This document shows positions 22,715 through 36,650 of a stretch of 64,000 nt of DNA, in pieces. Under the pieces are notes generated by a model. It was not told where the DNA came from. It worked only from the letters and a program-made list of their open reading frames with translations, and made no database searches. Each line of letters opens with the position of its first letter. The stretch's first letter is position 1. The stretch is taken from NCBI GenBank assembly GCA_964016885.1, contig OZ024741.1, forward strand, positions 203,422,001-203,486,000, read 5' to 3'. This stretch comes from Eledone cirrhosa (taxonomy: Eukaryota). The translations under genes and the position numbers were made by a program.

Positions 22715-25700
22715 CTACAGGCTGAGGTAGAGAGAAGGCCCATTCACACGGGCCATTCTCGCAACTTTCACCCACCTTTCATAAAACTTGCTGGAGTGGA
22801 GCACCTCTCTCTCCATCCTGATCCTTCTTCCGAAATGGTATCGGAAGAAAAGGACCAGTTGTTGGCTGGAGAGAAAGGTGTCCGACCTCAGCCCTTTCAG
22901 ACGCGTCCACCATATAGCCTCTTTTACCATGGCTATTACACAGAGGAAGACCGCCTCTCCTTCATTTTTGAAGGGGGGAGGCGGCTTGATCGTTACAATG
23001 GACTCGGTGGTCAACCTAATTGGTCCCACCCGTGACAGCAGTTGTTCGACATAGCCCCACAGATCGGCAACGCCCGGGCAGTGCACCAATGCGTGCGCGA
23101 CGGTTTCCTCGTCGCGCACGCATCTGGGACAGATCTTTTTCGAGGGGTCCCTACCCGGGCGCCCGTGTCTGTAGAGCTTATCCCGAACGGGCAGCGCCCC
23201 TCGGTAGCACTGCCGGGCCAAGGACTTCTGGAAGTTGTCCATAGGTCCCGGGCCGAAAGTCCTACCGAACAGACTGGCCAGTTCGTCCTCCTCCATGCCT
23301 AGGGCTTCGTCGCACCCGCTAACCACCAGCCCTCTATAGAATGACGAGGTGGAGTCTCCGTCGATAGCCGGGTCCGCCTGCCAGAGAGCCGTGAGCGCCT
23401 GGGCACACTCGGTGTGCCAGTCGCCCAGTTTTCTCGGTCTTTGCTTCACCCAGGACTGCAGCTCGGTGAGCGAGGCGAGCCTCGGGAAGGCTCGCCTCAC
23501 AAACGGGGCCCACACCGGTTGACCGGTGAGGAATACGTGGAGGTGCCTTAGCCTCAATGCGTGTTTACGCATTTTTAGCCACGGCATCCCCAGCCCTCCT
23601 TTCAGAGGGTGTTGACAGCAGATGGATCTCCTCACCAGAGGAGACCTCTTCTTCCAAAGGAAATAAAAGAGGGCGCGCTCCATTTTGGCGAGGATCTCAC
23701 CCGGGCAAGGCACGACAGTCAAGCGGTAATAGATGACGGACGCTATGTAAGCGTTCGCCACCTCCGCCCGACCTTTTAGGGATAGTTTGCACTCGGCCCA
23801 CTTCTGGGTCAGTGCAAACACCCTATTCGTCACCTCACCCCAGTTTTTCTCCACCTGGAGGTCCGGTCCGAACCAGACCCCAAGCAACTTCACCGGGCCC
23901 TTACCGTCCGACGATACCGTCGCACGACATCGCTTTGCCCCTCCACTCGCCGAGTTGCAAAGCGACTGACTTGTCCCGGTTCAGCTTAGCCCCTGTCAAC
24001 CTTTCGTACTCCTCTAGTAAGGTGCCGATCGCCTCGATTTCTGAGGCGGTCGACACCATTACTGTTACGTCATCGGCGTAGGCCGACACCGCTTTGCGCA
24101 ATCCCGGTTCCAAAGGGATGCCCTGCAACAACTCCAACTTCCGCAGTAATGGCTCGAGAGCCAACACATACAGAAGGGAGGAGAGAGGGCACCCCTGTCG
24201 GATGGAGCGGGTGATTTCGAACGGCTCCGAAAGGTAGCCGTTCACCTTGACCCTAGAGCAGATGCGGCTGCTGTGCATGGCAGTGATCCAGCCCCTGAAA
24301 ACGGGTCCGAACCCAACCGCCGCTAGCACCGCATCCAGGTAACCATGGTCCACCCTATCGAACGCTTTAGACTGATCTAAATTTATCAGGGCCCCACCAA
24401 AGCCGGGTTCGTTCCCAACCCTCTCTATGATGTATCGCATGAGGTGGAGGTTGTCGTGGATGGACCTGGACGGGATAGCGCATGTCTGCGCATCTCCCAC
24501 CAGGCCCCCCACGACAAGCGCCAACCTCTTCGCTAACACCTTCGCCAAAATCTTTAACTCTGCATTTAGCAGAGTTATGGGCCTAAAATTACTAATGTCA
24601 TCCCCCTTGTTCTCGTCCTTCCTCACTAGCGAGACTACGCCCTTGGTCACAGAACAGGGAATTCTCCCGTTCTGTTGCCAGTTGCAGTAGACCGCCTCGA
24701 GGAGATCGGGGAACAAGTCCGGCATATTAATATATAGTTCGTAGGGCAGACCATCGAGTCCTGGAGATTTGCGTTTGCCGCATAGGCTCAGCACGTCCCC
24801 TATTTCAGCTGCTGAGATCGGCCCGTCGCAGGACCTCGCCTCCCTGTCCGAAAGACGCGGCAGGCCGTCGAGGTATGGACCGAAATCCACATCTCCAACC
24901 GGCCCCCCGCCCCTCCCGAACAATTGGGCAAAGTGCCTTTGAAAGGCCTCGCACATTTGCTTAGGTTCAAGGATCACCCGTCCATCCTGGTCTCGCAAAG
25001 ACCGGATAGTGGATTTAATCCCACTTTTCGCTTCTGTCACGCGGGCCCAGCTAACAGCTTTGGTCCCCTCGTTTCCCAGAGCACGTATTTTGCTTCGGAC
25101 AACGCAGCCTTCGTGTTTCGCGTCGAAGAACTGGTTCAAGACCGTTCTCGACGCTTGCACTCTGGCCACGTTGCCGCTTCTCATTGCCTCTTCAACATTA
25201 ACTACCAACTCCCTTTCCTTCCTATTTCTATCTGAGGCTAACTCCTTACTAACTCCTATTGAAACTACTCTAATCTCTCTTTTTAGAGAGCCCCACCACC
25301 TGTTGTTGACGATGGCGCCCGTCAACCGCTCCTTAACTAAGGTTCTAATCCGGTCCCTGTAAGCTCTACTTGCCGGTAAGGACAAGTTGAGCTTCCAGTA
25401 ACCGGGCCCCTGCCTATGCGTTCTATCAAGGTGGACTACGCAGGTCACTAACTTGTGGTCTGAATAGCCCACCATGAGCATTTCTGGACAACTTAAAAAG
25501 TCCCTATCCTTAATTCTAACTAAGAACCTATCTAGGTACGATCTAGATTGACCACTGTTATTCGACCAGGTCCAGGTTGGTACAGTTGGAAAATCTAGTC
25601 GGTATCTATCGGCCAGGTCAAATCGGCCGATTAACCCCTTAAGGCTGTTGCACCCCCCTCTATCGGGACATGCCCCTACATAGTCCCAACGTGCATCTAG

Positions 25701-26135
25701 GATACCATTCCAGTCCCCAACTAAAAGCAAGGAGCGGGACGTCCCTAGAAAAGTCTCCAGACGATGGAAGAAGTCCGACCGCATTGCCCCAAAAGGGGCG
25801 TATACGGTGACTAGCCTAAAAGCTTCGCCTTCACCATTGCCAAGGTCCAGAACCACGAGTCGACCCTCCGGGTCCAAGTGTACCGTCTGTGTAGCGAGAC
25901 CCAGATGTTTTTGCAGCAGAACGACAACCCCACCCCCACCTCCGGGCTGACAGAGAGATGCGTGCATCTCAAAGTCATCAAAGGTGGGGGCTAGCTGTCG
26001 CATGCTGCTGATCCGGGCCTCGTAAATAACCATCACATTTATACATTGTGACCTGAGGTCACTTAGAAGTTTAGCTTGCTTCCAAGGTGAGCCCAGGCCA
26101 CGCGCATTTAGACAACCTACTCTTAAGACAGCCAT
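22715..26135 (-). pseudogene. Tx1 ORF2 (AP endonuclease, RT, CCHC), one break near 23900
   Basis: LNARGL, VYAP, GDWN, SYLDR, SDH, GYWKLN, KSPGLDG, RPITLLN, LDQSKAFDRVDH, RQGCPLS, YADD, CPRC..E..HALVHC. Confidence 0.93.
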
Positions 26136-26158
26136 GTTGATGGCAAAGAAAGAGGCAC

Positions 26159-27899
26159 TTACCTCTCTGCGTCCCGGGGTTCGGGCCGCTCAGTTTCCAT
26201 GGGGCTGGTGGAGGGGTTGATGGGTGGGGTGGTGGTTTGTGGTGGTGTGGGGGTATTAGTGTGTGGAGGGGTTGGGATCTTTGGAGTTGTGTGGGTGTTT
26301 GAGGAGGGGAGGGGAAAACCTTTCAGGAGGACGCGGTTGAGTGGCCTGGTGCAGGGTGGGCCCACGTCCTCAAGGTAAATGTCTTTCAAAGTTTTGAAAA
26401 TCTCAAGTGGGATTTTCACCATTTTCAGGTTAGGGAGCCCCATTGCCGTTACGAAATTCGGCCCTTCGGTTTGTATCGAAGGGTTGTTTTCTATTTTTTC
26501 AGTTAGGTTTTTATTGTTTTTGTTTATGTATGTGTAGAGTTTTTGTGGTGTTGTGTTTGTTTTTGCTTGTTGTTGTTGAGTGAGTTTGCGTTTTATTGTC
26601 TGTGTTGTGTTGTCAGGTGGGGTTATTTTTGTTTGTGTGGTGTGTGTACGTTTTTTTCTTTTCACTTCTTGGAAGGGAGCCCCCTCGTCTTCCGACGATA
26701 TGAGCTCCTCTTCCGTATTGGAGGGGAGGGGTATATCTCCGGGTTGTGTATGAACTGCGTGTGTTTTTGTATTTGTGTTCTGTGGGGTGGGGCTGGGTGG
26801 GACCGTGTTTTGGGTTGTTTTCTTGAGCTGTTGTTGATGTTGTTGTTGTGGTGGTGGTGGTGTTGGTTTTTGTTGTCGTTCTGGTGGTGATGGTAGTGTA
26901 TTTTGTTGTTTTTGTGATGGTGGTGCTGGTTGTTTTTGTTGTTGTTGTGGTGTTTGTAGCAGTGGTTTTTTTGTTGTTAGTAGAGGGCAGGCCGTCCTCA
27001 GGTGACCTCTGCCAGCGCAGTGGTAACATGAGGGTCTCCTGCCTTCCACTCTGATATTTATGAAGGTTCGCCCATCCAGTAGCACTCGGTCGGGTATTCC
27101 GGAGATTCACTCAGGTGTCATCTGTAAGAGAACCTCCAGACTTTTCCCCCCCGAACAGTCCACTGGTGGACTCCCCTGCTGAAATGAGTATGTCCTTATC
27201 TAGGTCGGTAAATCCTGTTAGGACGGACCAGATGTTAATTTCTGGCGTAGGGCTCCACATTCTTATCCTTTGTGTTCTTCTTCCTTTATATGTGGGGAAG
27301 AAGGTGTATTGTGGTGACACTATAGGTGCCACCGAATATTTCTGAGCCAGCATTTCGTCCTTCATTCGGACCATAATGCTGGCATACAGCTTTCCTTTTT
27401 GAATAAAGAGTATGTCCTTTTTAATGTCTTTCAAAACCAGCTCAATTTGACTTTCGGTCAATTGCGCTGGCTTTCTCGTTTTGTTGGTTATGGTTCTGTA
27501 GGTTACGGTATTATTGTAAATCTGTTGACGCACTTCTTCTGGGGAGTTGATCGTAAAAGAACCATCTTCCCCAAAAGATACGTATTTTCTAGCCTCTAGC
27601 AAATTTTCCTTGGCGTTCGTGATGTCTATGGCTTTGTATTCCGTGGCTCTCCTGAGTGTTTGGGCAAAAGAAATTTTGTCTTTGTTTGTTGTTGTAATGT
27701 TGGTTTCCTTATTTGTGGTGTTATTTTTTTCTTCAAAATTAAGTTTTTCATTTGAATTGATATTCTTTTTTTTTCCATTGGAGAGGAGGGGCTGTTCAAC
27801 AGTTTGAACTGTTGTTTCCTCTTTCCCGCTTGTTTTTTTGGTAGGCGTGGCGTTCGCTTCCAATATGGCGATATCGTTTTCGACGATATCGATAAACAT
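26159..27899 (-). pseudogene. Tx1 ORF1 (zinc knuckle, Pro/Thr/Gln-rich tail), one break near 27100
   Basis: VEGRRPSCYHCAGRGHLRTAC CCHC; ISFAQ N-terminal motif. Confidence 0.85.
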
Positions 27900-28097
27900 T
27901 TTTGAGTTAATTATTTTTCACCCCAAAAGGGGTGAAAATATAATTACCCTACGTCTATAGTCCCAGACTAGGGGTTAGAGTTAATGATACAAAAGAATTC
28001 AAAAAAATTCACTCACAAATATAGCAGGTAAAATTCCAAATCACAGAGCGATATGAAACACGTCTACTATCCTCAGATAGACAGAGACAGACAGACA

Positions 28098-29856
28098 TCT
28101 TTATTTGCCACAGGGGCGTACAAAAATGGGACATTACAAGACGTGATGACGGGGGGGGGGGGGAGATTACATAAAAATCATATAACTTTAACAATAAACT
28201 ATATATACTAAAATAATAATTGAAATTCCTAATAGGGGGGAACGTTACTACAGGGTTGTTTTACACCCCGTGGATAGAACAACCATCAACACCAGAAACA
28301 CGTTTTGTAGGTGTTCCCGTCTTCCCTCTGTTCATCTTCCTCAACCTACAGGTTTTTATACAGAGAAGGCCCATTCACTCGGGCCATTTTCGCCACATTC
28401 ACCCACCTTTCAGTGAATTTACTGGGGTGTAGCACCTCTCTTTCCACTCTCACCTTCCTTCTGAAGTGATACTTAAAGAAGGGGATAAGTTGTTGTCCGG
28501 AGAGAAAGGTGTTTGCCTCAGTCCTTTTAACCTCGTCCACCATATTACCTCTTTCGCCATAGCTACCAGACAGAGGAAACCGCCTCTCCTTCATTCTTAA
28601 ATGAAGGTGGCGCGTTGATCCTCACGATGGACTCGGCTGACAATTGGATGTGTCCCACATGTGACAGTAGCTGTTCGACATAATTCCACAGGTCGGTCAC
28701 CCCTGGGCACTGAACAATTGCGCGCAGAACGGTTTCGATGTCCTGCTCGCATCTTGGCCAGATCCTTTTGGCAGGATCTCTGCCAGGGCATCCGTCCCTG
28801 TAGATTTTGTCTCGAACTGGTAGAGCTCCTCGGTAGCACTGCTAGGCCAGAGACCTCTGGAAGTTATCCATAGGCCCTGGACGGCAAGCCCTCCCGAACA
28901 GACTGGTCAGTCGTCCTCCTCGATGCTTAGAGTTTCCCCTAGAACGTCGTCGCACTTATCCTCCACTAATCCCCTATAGAATATTGAAGTGGAGTCTCCA
29001 CTGATTGCCGTTTCCGCTTGGTAGAGGACTGTGAGCGCCTGAAGGCACTCGAGGTGCCAGGCACTCATTTTCGGTCTTCGCTTGACCCAGGACTGTAGCT
29101 CTGATAGTGAGACGAGTTGTGGAAGAGCTTGTCTCACAAACAACAGCCACACCGGTTCACCGGTCAGGAATACCTGGAGATGGCGTAGCCTAAGTCCGTG
29201 TTTGCGCCTCATCAGCCACGGCATGTCCAGCCCTCCGTTAAAAAGGTGTTGACAGCAGATGGATCTCCTCACCAATGGAGCCTGTTTCTTCCAGAGGAAC
29301 TTGAAGAGTAGGCGTTGCATTATTGTGAGGTATTCGTGATGATAAGGCACGACTGTCAAGCGGTAGTAGATGACGGACGCTATGTAAGTGTTCGCCACCT
29401 CCGCTCGTCCTTTCAAGGAGAGTTTGCACTCAGCCCACTTCTGGGTTAGTGCGAACACCTTCGCCGTGACCTCGTTCCTGTTCTTGTCCACCTGGAGGTC
29501 TGGACCAAACCAGACCCCGAGCAATTTCATCGGTCCTTCCGTCCAGCGTCCAACGACACTGTCGGAAAGCATGGGTTTGCCTCTCCACGTGCCGAGTTGC
29601 AAACCGACAGACTTTTTTGGGTTTAGTCTTGCTCCTATCAACGTTTCGTATTCCTGTAATAGGTTGCCGATTACCCCGATTTCCGAGGTTTTCGACACCA
29701 TTACGGTTCTGTCGTCGGCATAGGCCGACGCTGCTTTCCGCAGTCCTGGTTCGATCGGGATGCCCTGCAGCATCTCCAACTTCCGCAATAATGGCTGGAG
29801 TGTCAGTACAGAATGGAGGAGAGAGGGCATCCCTGACTAGGTAGCCATTCACCTTG
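28098..29856 (-). mobile_element. Tx1 LINE copy B, 5'-truncated, divergent subfamily
   Basis: AYADD through C-terminus homologous to copy A; bounded by GACA and (GATA)n. Confidence 0.9.
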
Positions 29857-29875
29857 ATAGATAGATAGATAGATA

Positions 29876-32800
29876 AGTTTCTATTTATTTGCCACGAGGG
29901 CACAAAAGAAGGGGACAAATACAAGGGGCGAGTTTACATAAAAGAACGAGTAAAAACAAAACAAATAACAAATATAAAATTAACAATACAGTCCTCAATA
30001 GGGAGGAGGCGTTTTGGGGGTTACACACACCACCGAAAAAGTGTGTATCCCTTTTCCTTAGGAGCACAGAGATGGGGTGCGCCTTTGCGCTTCCACCTTT
30101 CCACCTACAGGCTGATAAAGAGAGAAGGCCCATTCACACGGGCCATTGTCGCTACTTTCACCCACCTTTCATAAAACTTGGTGGGGTAGAGCACCTCTCT
30201 CTCCATTCTGATCCTTCTCTTAAAATGGTATTTAAAGAAAAGGACAAGTTGTTGGCCGGAGAGAAAGGTGTCCGACCTCAGCCCTTTCAAACGTGTCCAC
30301 CATACCACCTCTTTCACCATGGTTATTACACAGAGGAAGACCGCCTCTCCTTCATTTTTGAAGGGGGATGCGGCTTGATCGTTACAATGGACTCAGTGGT
30401 CAACCGGATTGGTCCCACCCGTGACAGCAGTCGTTCGACATAGCCCCACAGATCGCAACGCCCGAGCAGTGTACCAATGCGTGCGCAACGGTTTCCTCGT
30501 CGCGCACGCATCTGGGACATTTTTTTTCGAGGTGTCCCTACCCGGGCGCCCGTGTCTGTAGAGCCTTTCTCGAACGGGAAGAGCCCCTCGGTAGCACTGC
30601 CAGGGACTTCTGGAAGTTGTCCATAGGTCCCGGGCCAAATGTCCTCCCGAATAGGCTGGCCAGTTCGTCTTCCTCCATGCCTAGGGCTTGTCCGAGGGCG
30701 TCGTCGCACCTACTAACCACCAGCCCTCTATAGAATGACGAGGTGGAGTCTCCACCGATAACCGGGTCTGTCTGCCAGAGAGCCGTGAGCGGTCTTTGCT
30801 TGACCCAGGAGTGCAGCTCGGTGAGCGAGACGAGTCTCGGAAAGGTTCACCTCACAAACGGGGCCCACACCGGTTGACCGGTGAGGAATACCTGGAGGTA
30901 CCGTAGCCTTAATGCGTGTTTACGCATCAACATCCACGGCATCCCCAGCCTTCCTTTCGAAGGGTGTTGACAGCAGATGGATCTCCTCACCAAAGGAGCC
31001 CGCTTCTTCCAAAGGAATTGGAAGAGTGCGCGCTCCATTTTGGTGACCGTTTCCCTTGGGCAAGGCACGACGGTAATAGATGACGGACGCTATATAAGCG
31101 TTCGCCACCTCCGCCCGACCTTTCAGGGATAGTTTGCACTCAGCCCACCTCCGCGTCAGCGCGAACACCCTGTTCGATACCTCACCCCAGTTCTTCTCCA
31201 CCTGGAGGTCTGGCCCAAACCAGACCAACTTCACCGGGCCCTCCATTCAACGTCCGACGACGCCGTTGAAGGCCATCGGCTTGCCCCTCCACTCGCCGAG
31301 TTGCAAACCGACTGACTTGTCCCGGTTCACCTTAGCCCCTGTAAACGTTTCGTATTCCTCCAGTAAGGTGCCGATCATTCCGATTTCCGAGACGGTTGAC
31401 ACCATTACTGTCACGTCATCGGCATAGGTCGACACCGCTTTCCGCAATCCCGGTTCCAAAGGGATACCCTGTAACAACTCCAACTTCCGCAGCAGTGACT
31501 CTAGGGCCAATACACACAGAAGAGAGGAGAAAGGCATCCCTATCGGATGGACCGCGTGATTTCGAACGGCTCCGAGAGGTAGCCGTTCACCTTGACCCTA
31601 GAACAGATACGGCTGCTGTACATGGCAGTGATCCAGCCCCTGAAAACGGGTCCGAAACCTGCCGCCTCTAGCACCGCATCCAGGTAACGATGGTCGACCC
31701 TATCGAACGCTTTAGATTGATCCAAGTTGATCAGGGCCCCACCAAAGCCGGGTTCGTTCGCAACCCTCTCTATGATATATCGCATGAGATGGAGGTTGTG
31801 GTGAATGGACCTGGACGGGATGGCGCATGTCTGCGCATCTCCCACCAGGTTGCCCACGACAAGCGCCAACCTCTTTGCTAACACCTTGGCCAAAATCTTT
31901 AACTCTGCATTTAGCAGTGTTATGGGCCTAAAATTACTTATTTCAACCCCTTGTTCTTGTCCTTCCTCACTAGCGAGACTACGCCCTTGGTCACAGAACA
32001 TGGAATTCTCCCGTTCTGTTGCCAGTTGCAGTAGACCGCTTCGAGGAGATCGAAGAACAAGTCCGGCATACTTAAATACAGTTCGTATGGAAGACCATCG
32101 AGGCCCGGAGATTTGCGTCTGCCCCATTGGCTCAGCACGTCCCCTATTTCAGCAGCTGACATCGGCCTCTCGCAGGACTTCGCCTCCTCGTCCGAAAAGA
32201 TGCGGCAGGCCGTCGAGGTATGGACCGAGGTCCACATCTCCATCCGGCCCCCTCGTCCCTTCCAAACAATCGGGCAAAGGGCCTTTCAAAGGCCTCGCAT
32301 ATCTGCTTAGGTTCAAGGATCACCCGTCCATCCTGGTCTCGCAAAGACCGGATAGTGGATCTAGTCCCACTTTTGTCTTCTGTCACGCGGGCCCAGCTAA
32401 CAGCTTTGGTCCCCTCGTTTCCCAGAGCACGTATTTTGCTTCGGACAACGCAGCCTTCGTGTTTCGCGTCGAAGAACTGGCCCAAGGCCGTTCTCGACGC
32501 TAGCACTCTGGCTACGTCGCCGCTTCTAATTGCCTCTTCTACACTATCTAAGCTTTACTTGCCGGTAAGGACAAGTTGAGCTTCCAGTAACCGGGTCCCT
32601 GTCTATGCGTTCTCTCAAGGTTGACAATGGAGGTCACTAACTTGTGGTCTGAATAGCCAACCATGAGCATTTTTGGACAACTTAAAAAGTCCCTATCCTT
32701 ATTTCTAACTAAGAACCTATCTAGATACGATCTAGATTGAAATCCAGGTTGGCACAGTCGGAAAATTTAGTCGATATCTATCGGCCAGGTCGAATCGGCC

Positions 32801-35297
32801 GATTAACACCTTGAGGCTGTTACAACCCCCTCTATCAGGACATGCCCCTACATAGTCCCAACGTGCATCTAGGATACCATTCCAGTCCCCCACTAAAATT
32901 CTCCAGACCCTAGAAAATTCTCCAGACGATGGAAGAAGCCCAGCCGCGTTGCCCCAAAAGGGCCGTATACGGCGACCAGCCTAAAAGCTCCGCCTTCACC
33001 ACTGCCAATGTCCAGAACCACTAGTCGACCCTCCGGGTCCAAGTGTACCGTCTGTGTAGCGAGACCCAGATGTTTTTGCAGCAGAAAGACAACCCCACCC
33101 CCACCTCCGGGCTGACAGAGAGATGCGTGAATCTCAAAGTCATCAAAGGTGGGGGCCAGCTGTCGCACGCTGCTGATCTGGGCCTCGAAAAACACCATCA
33201 CATTTATACATCGTGACCTGCGGTCATTTAGAAGCATTTCTTGCTTCCAAGGTGAGCCCAGGTCACGCGCATTTAGACAACCTACTCTCAACACAGCCAT
33301 GTTGGTGGTAAAGAGAAAAGGCACTTACCTCTCTGCGTCTCGGGGACCGGGCCGCACAATTTCCATGGGGGTGGAGGATGGGTTGTTGAGTGGGTGGTGG
33401 TTTGTGGAAGTGTAGGGGCATCAGTGTGTGGTGGGGTTGGGGTGTTTGGAGTTGTGTGGGGGTGGGGGGAGGGAATGTTTTAGGAGGACACGGTTAATGG
33501 GTCTGACGCAGGGGGGCCCCCACGTCCTCTTTAAAAGTGTCTTTTAACGTTTTGTAAATGTCCATTGGGGCTTTTATCATTTTTAGATGGGGAAGCCCCG
33601 TTGCTTGTGCGAAATCCGAACCTTCGGTTTTTATTAAGTTGTTATTATAAATAACGTTTAACAGTTTTTTGTTTTTTGTATTTAAGCAAGTATATGCAAA
33701 TTTTTCTTTCTGCGTGATGTTTTTTGTTTGCTGTTGTGTTTTTTTGTGTTGATGTCTGTGTATGTCTTGGGGAGGGGTTGTTTGTATTTGTGTTCCTGTG
33801 GTGTGTTTTCTTTTTTTTCTTTTAACGTTATGAAAGTGTTCCCCCCCCCCTCGTCTGACGACGAAAGGGAGTCGTCTTCCGTATTCGAGTGGAGGGGTTC
33901 ATTTTCGGCTCGTGTTTGTGGTGTGGGTGTTATTGTATTTGTTTTCTGTGTGTTGTGTTTTAACTTGTGGTGTTAGTTTTTTTTTTTGTGGTGTTGTTCG
34001 TGTTGTAGTTGTTGGTGTGGGCAAAATCGGTGTTTTTTTGTTTGCTTGGGAACAGGCAGCCCTCAGGTGACCTCTGCCACCACAGAGGTAACAAGCGGGT
34101 CGTCTACCCTCCACTGTGATGTGTAAGTAGGCAAGCCCATCCAGCAATATGCTGTCGGGGATCCTAGCAATTCGTTCTGGCTGCATTTGCACCAGAACTT
34201 GCAGGTTAGTTCCACCGAACACGTTGCTGGAAGACTTACCTACCGAAATTACTGCATCCTCTTTGAAGTCGATGAGGCCACACAGTACCGCCCAGAAATC
34301 AATATCTGGATCGATACTGTGTATGGTCAATCTTTGTGTTTTTCTTCCCAAATAAGTGGGGAAGAAGGTAAATAAGGGGGGCCAGGGAATGTTTTTCGGC
34401 CGTCAATTTATCTTTCATTCGGATGGATAGACTACCGTAGAGTCTATCCTTCCGCATGAATACAATGTTTTTCAGATGATCTTTTAACGCCAGTTCAATC
34501 TCTGTCTGTGTGAGTTGTACTGGCTTACGGGTTTTGTTTGATATTGTCCTATAAATAATAGTTTTTAAACTATTTTCCTTTTTTGGCTCTGCGGGAAAAT
34601 TTAAAGAAAATAGACCATTCTCCTCCAAAGTTATATACTTCCGTGTATTTTCCATTTGCTGGGCCATGTTCGAAATGTCAATAGGTTCGTACACGATAGA
34701 TTTTTTTATGCTTTGCGCGAACGTCATTTTGTTCGCCCCCTTTCTGTTTACATTTGTCGAAATGTGGTTTTCTTGCTTTTTGTTGTTACAATTTTCATTT
34801 TTCAAACTGTTCACTTATATTTTCAGTATCCGAGAGACTTGTAGTCACAGCTACTACTTCTCTTTCAGCTTTGCTGATGGGCGTGGCGCCGTGAAAAGTC
34901 GAAACGGCATCCATTAATTTTGGCAATTTCTCCGAGTCAATTTTTTCCACATTTTTTTCATTAGGGTTAGGTTCCAATTTTTTCAATGTTTCTAATAATT
35001 ATTATTCTTTCAGTAAGGAGGCTTGTTGCCTCCGCTACCCGCTCTCCTTCAGTTTGTTTAGTGGGCGTGTCATCGTTACCTGTGGTAATGGCTTCCATTA
35101 CCACTAGCGTAGAGACAATTACAAGATTTTTAGGATGAAAAATTTCACCCCAAAAGGGCTGAAATAAATTAACCCTAATGTCCGAAGACCCAGGCAAGGA
35201 GGATAATTAACGCAAGGATACAGACAAACACTTACTGTTAACACGTAATATCTCCAATACTTGAGGAGCCGATGTGAAGAACGTCTATACCATCCGG
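29876..35297 (-). mobile_element. Tx1 LINE copy C, full length, decayed with internal deletions
   Basis: ORF2 fragments (MAVLRVGCLNAR, LDQSKAFDRVDH, TYADD), ORF1 CYLCGGRGHLRAAC; bounded by (GATA)n on both sides. Confidence 0.92.
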
Positions 35298-35454
35298 AGA
35301 TAGATAGACGAACAGTAGATGTATGGTTGGCAATATGATTTCATACAATATATGGTAAACATATATTCGTTTGACTGTTTGAACTGACGTGAGGGTAGGT
35401 GTGATAGGATTACAGCTTAGAATACCAACACTGAAACTTATGTATGTTTATATA

Positions 35455-35667
35455 TTAAGGTGATGGATTGGCAGAGTCGATAACACGTCGGGCAAAAGCA
35501 TTGCAGCGTTTGTTTCGGCTCTTTAAGTTCTGAGTTCAAATTGCGTTGAGGGCAGCTTTGTCTTTCATCTTTTAGGGGTCGATAATATAAAGTACAAGTG
35601 AAGTAGTGAGGTCAATTTTTTCCTTCCTTAAACTTATTGGCCTTGTATCTAAAAAGGAAATCATTAT
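35455..35667 (+). mobile_element. tRNA-derived SINE
   Basis: TGGCAGAGTCG A-box-like, GAGTTCAAAT B-box, shared body. Confidence 0.75.
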
Positions 35668-36324
35668 ATATAAATATTTTATATGTTTCCATATATGTCT
35701 CTATTGTGAATCACGCGGTGTTAGTGTTATTGCTAATCAATTGCACTTTATACCAGCTGACAAATAATCTGCCACTCAGTACTGTCACTCTATGACGTAA
35801 AAAGTGTGGCGAGTGATGTAAGTGAGTGACACTCAAAGTCGTTTCTCATTTGCGAATGTAATTAGAATCCCAGCAGGTGTTAACTATTGTCAAGGAAGTA
35901 GCAGCAGCAACAGAAAAGGAAATTGACAGAGTGGGAGGAGAGAGAGGGGGGAGAGAGAGACATAGAGAACAAGTGAGAGTTAATATTTCAATATGAAGTC
36001 ATGCATTGAATTGGATGAGAGAGAGAAAAAGTTTGAGAAAGAGTGATAAAGAGAGAGGGGGGTGAGAGGAAGAGGGAGAGAGAGGGTAGAGATGGGAATG
36101 GAGAGAGAAGGGAAAGGAGAGAGAGGGAGATAAAAGGGGAGGAAGAGGGAGAGAGAGAGTGAGAGAGGGGGTGAGAGAGTTTGCGAGAGGGAGAGAAATT
36201 TAATAGTTCACTATAAAGCCGGTCATACAATAGGCTTTCCCCTGGCTACCTGATCCACCTACTTCTTTGTTTAGCTGTTCACACCATACAAACTCTTATT
36301 GTCTCTCACTCTACTCACCTTACC

Positions 36325-36650
36325 ACCTCCACATCGGACCTACTTCACCTCTACCTTTACCTCTTCCTTCTGACCACCACCACCACTTTCACATCCTCCC
36401 CATCGGACCTACTTCACCTCTACCTTTACCTCTTCCTTCTTACCACCACCACCACTTTCACATCCTCCCCATCGGACCTACTTCACCTCTACCTTTACCT
36501 CTTCCTTCTTACCACCACCACCACTTTCACATCCTCCCCATCGGAGCTACTTCACCTCTACCTTTACCTCCTCCTTCTTACCACCACCACCACTTTCACA
36601 TCCTCTCCATCGGAGCTCCTTCACCTCTACCTTCACCTCTTCCTCCATCT
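36325..36650. repeat. 69-bp pyrimidine-rich minisatellite, about 4.5 copies
   Basis: CATCGGACCTACTTCACCTCTACCTTTACC.. repeated with 69-bp period. Confidence 0.9.

Larger units (their letters stand above)
22493..28074 (-). mobile_element. Tx1/L1-clade LINE copy A, full length
   Basis: 5' UTR, ORF1, ORF2, 3' UTR with AATAAA; bounded by GACA/GATA repeats. Confidence 0.92.
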
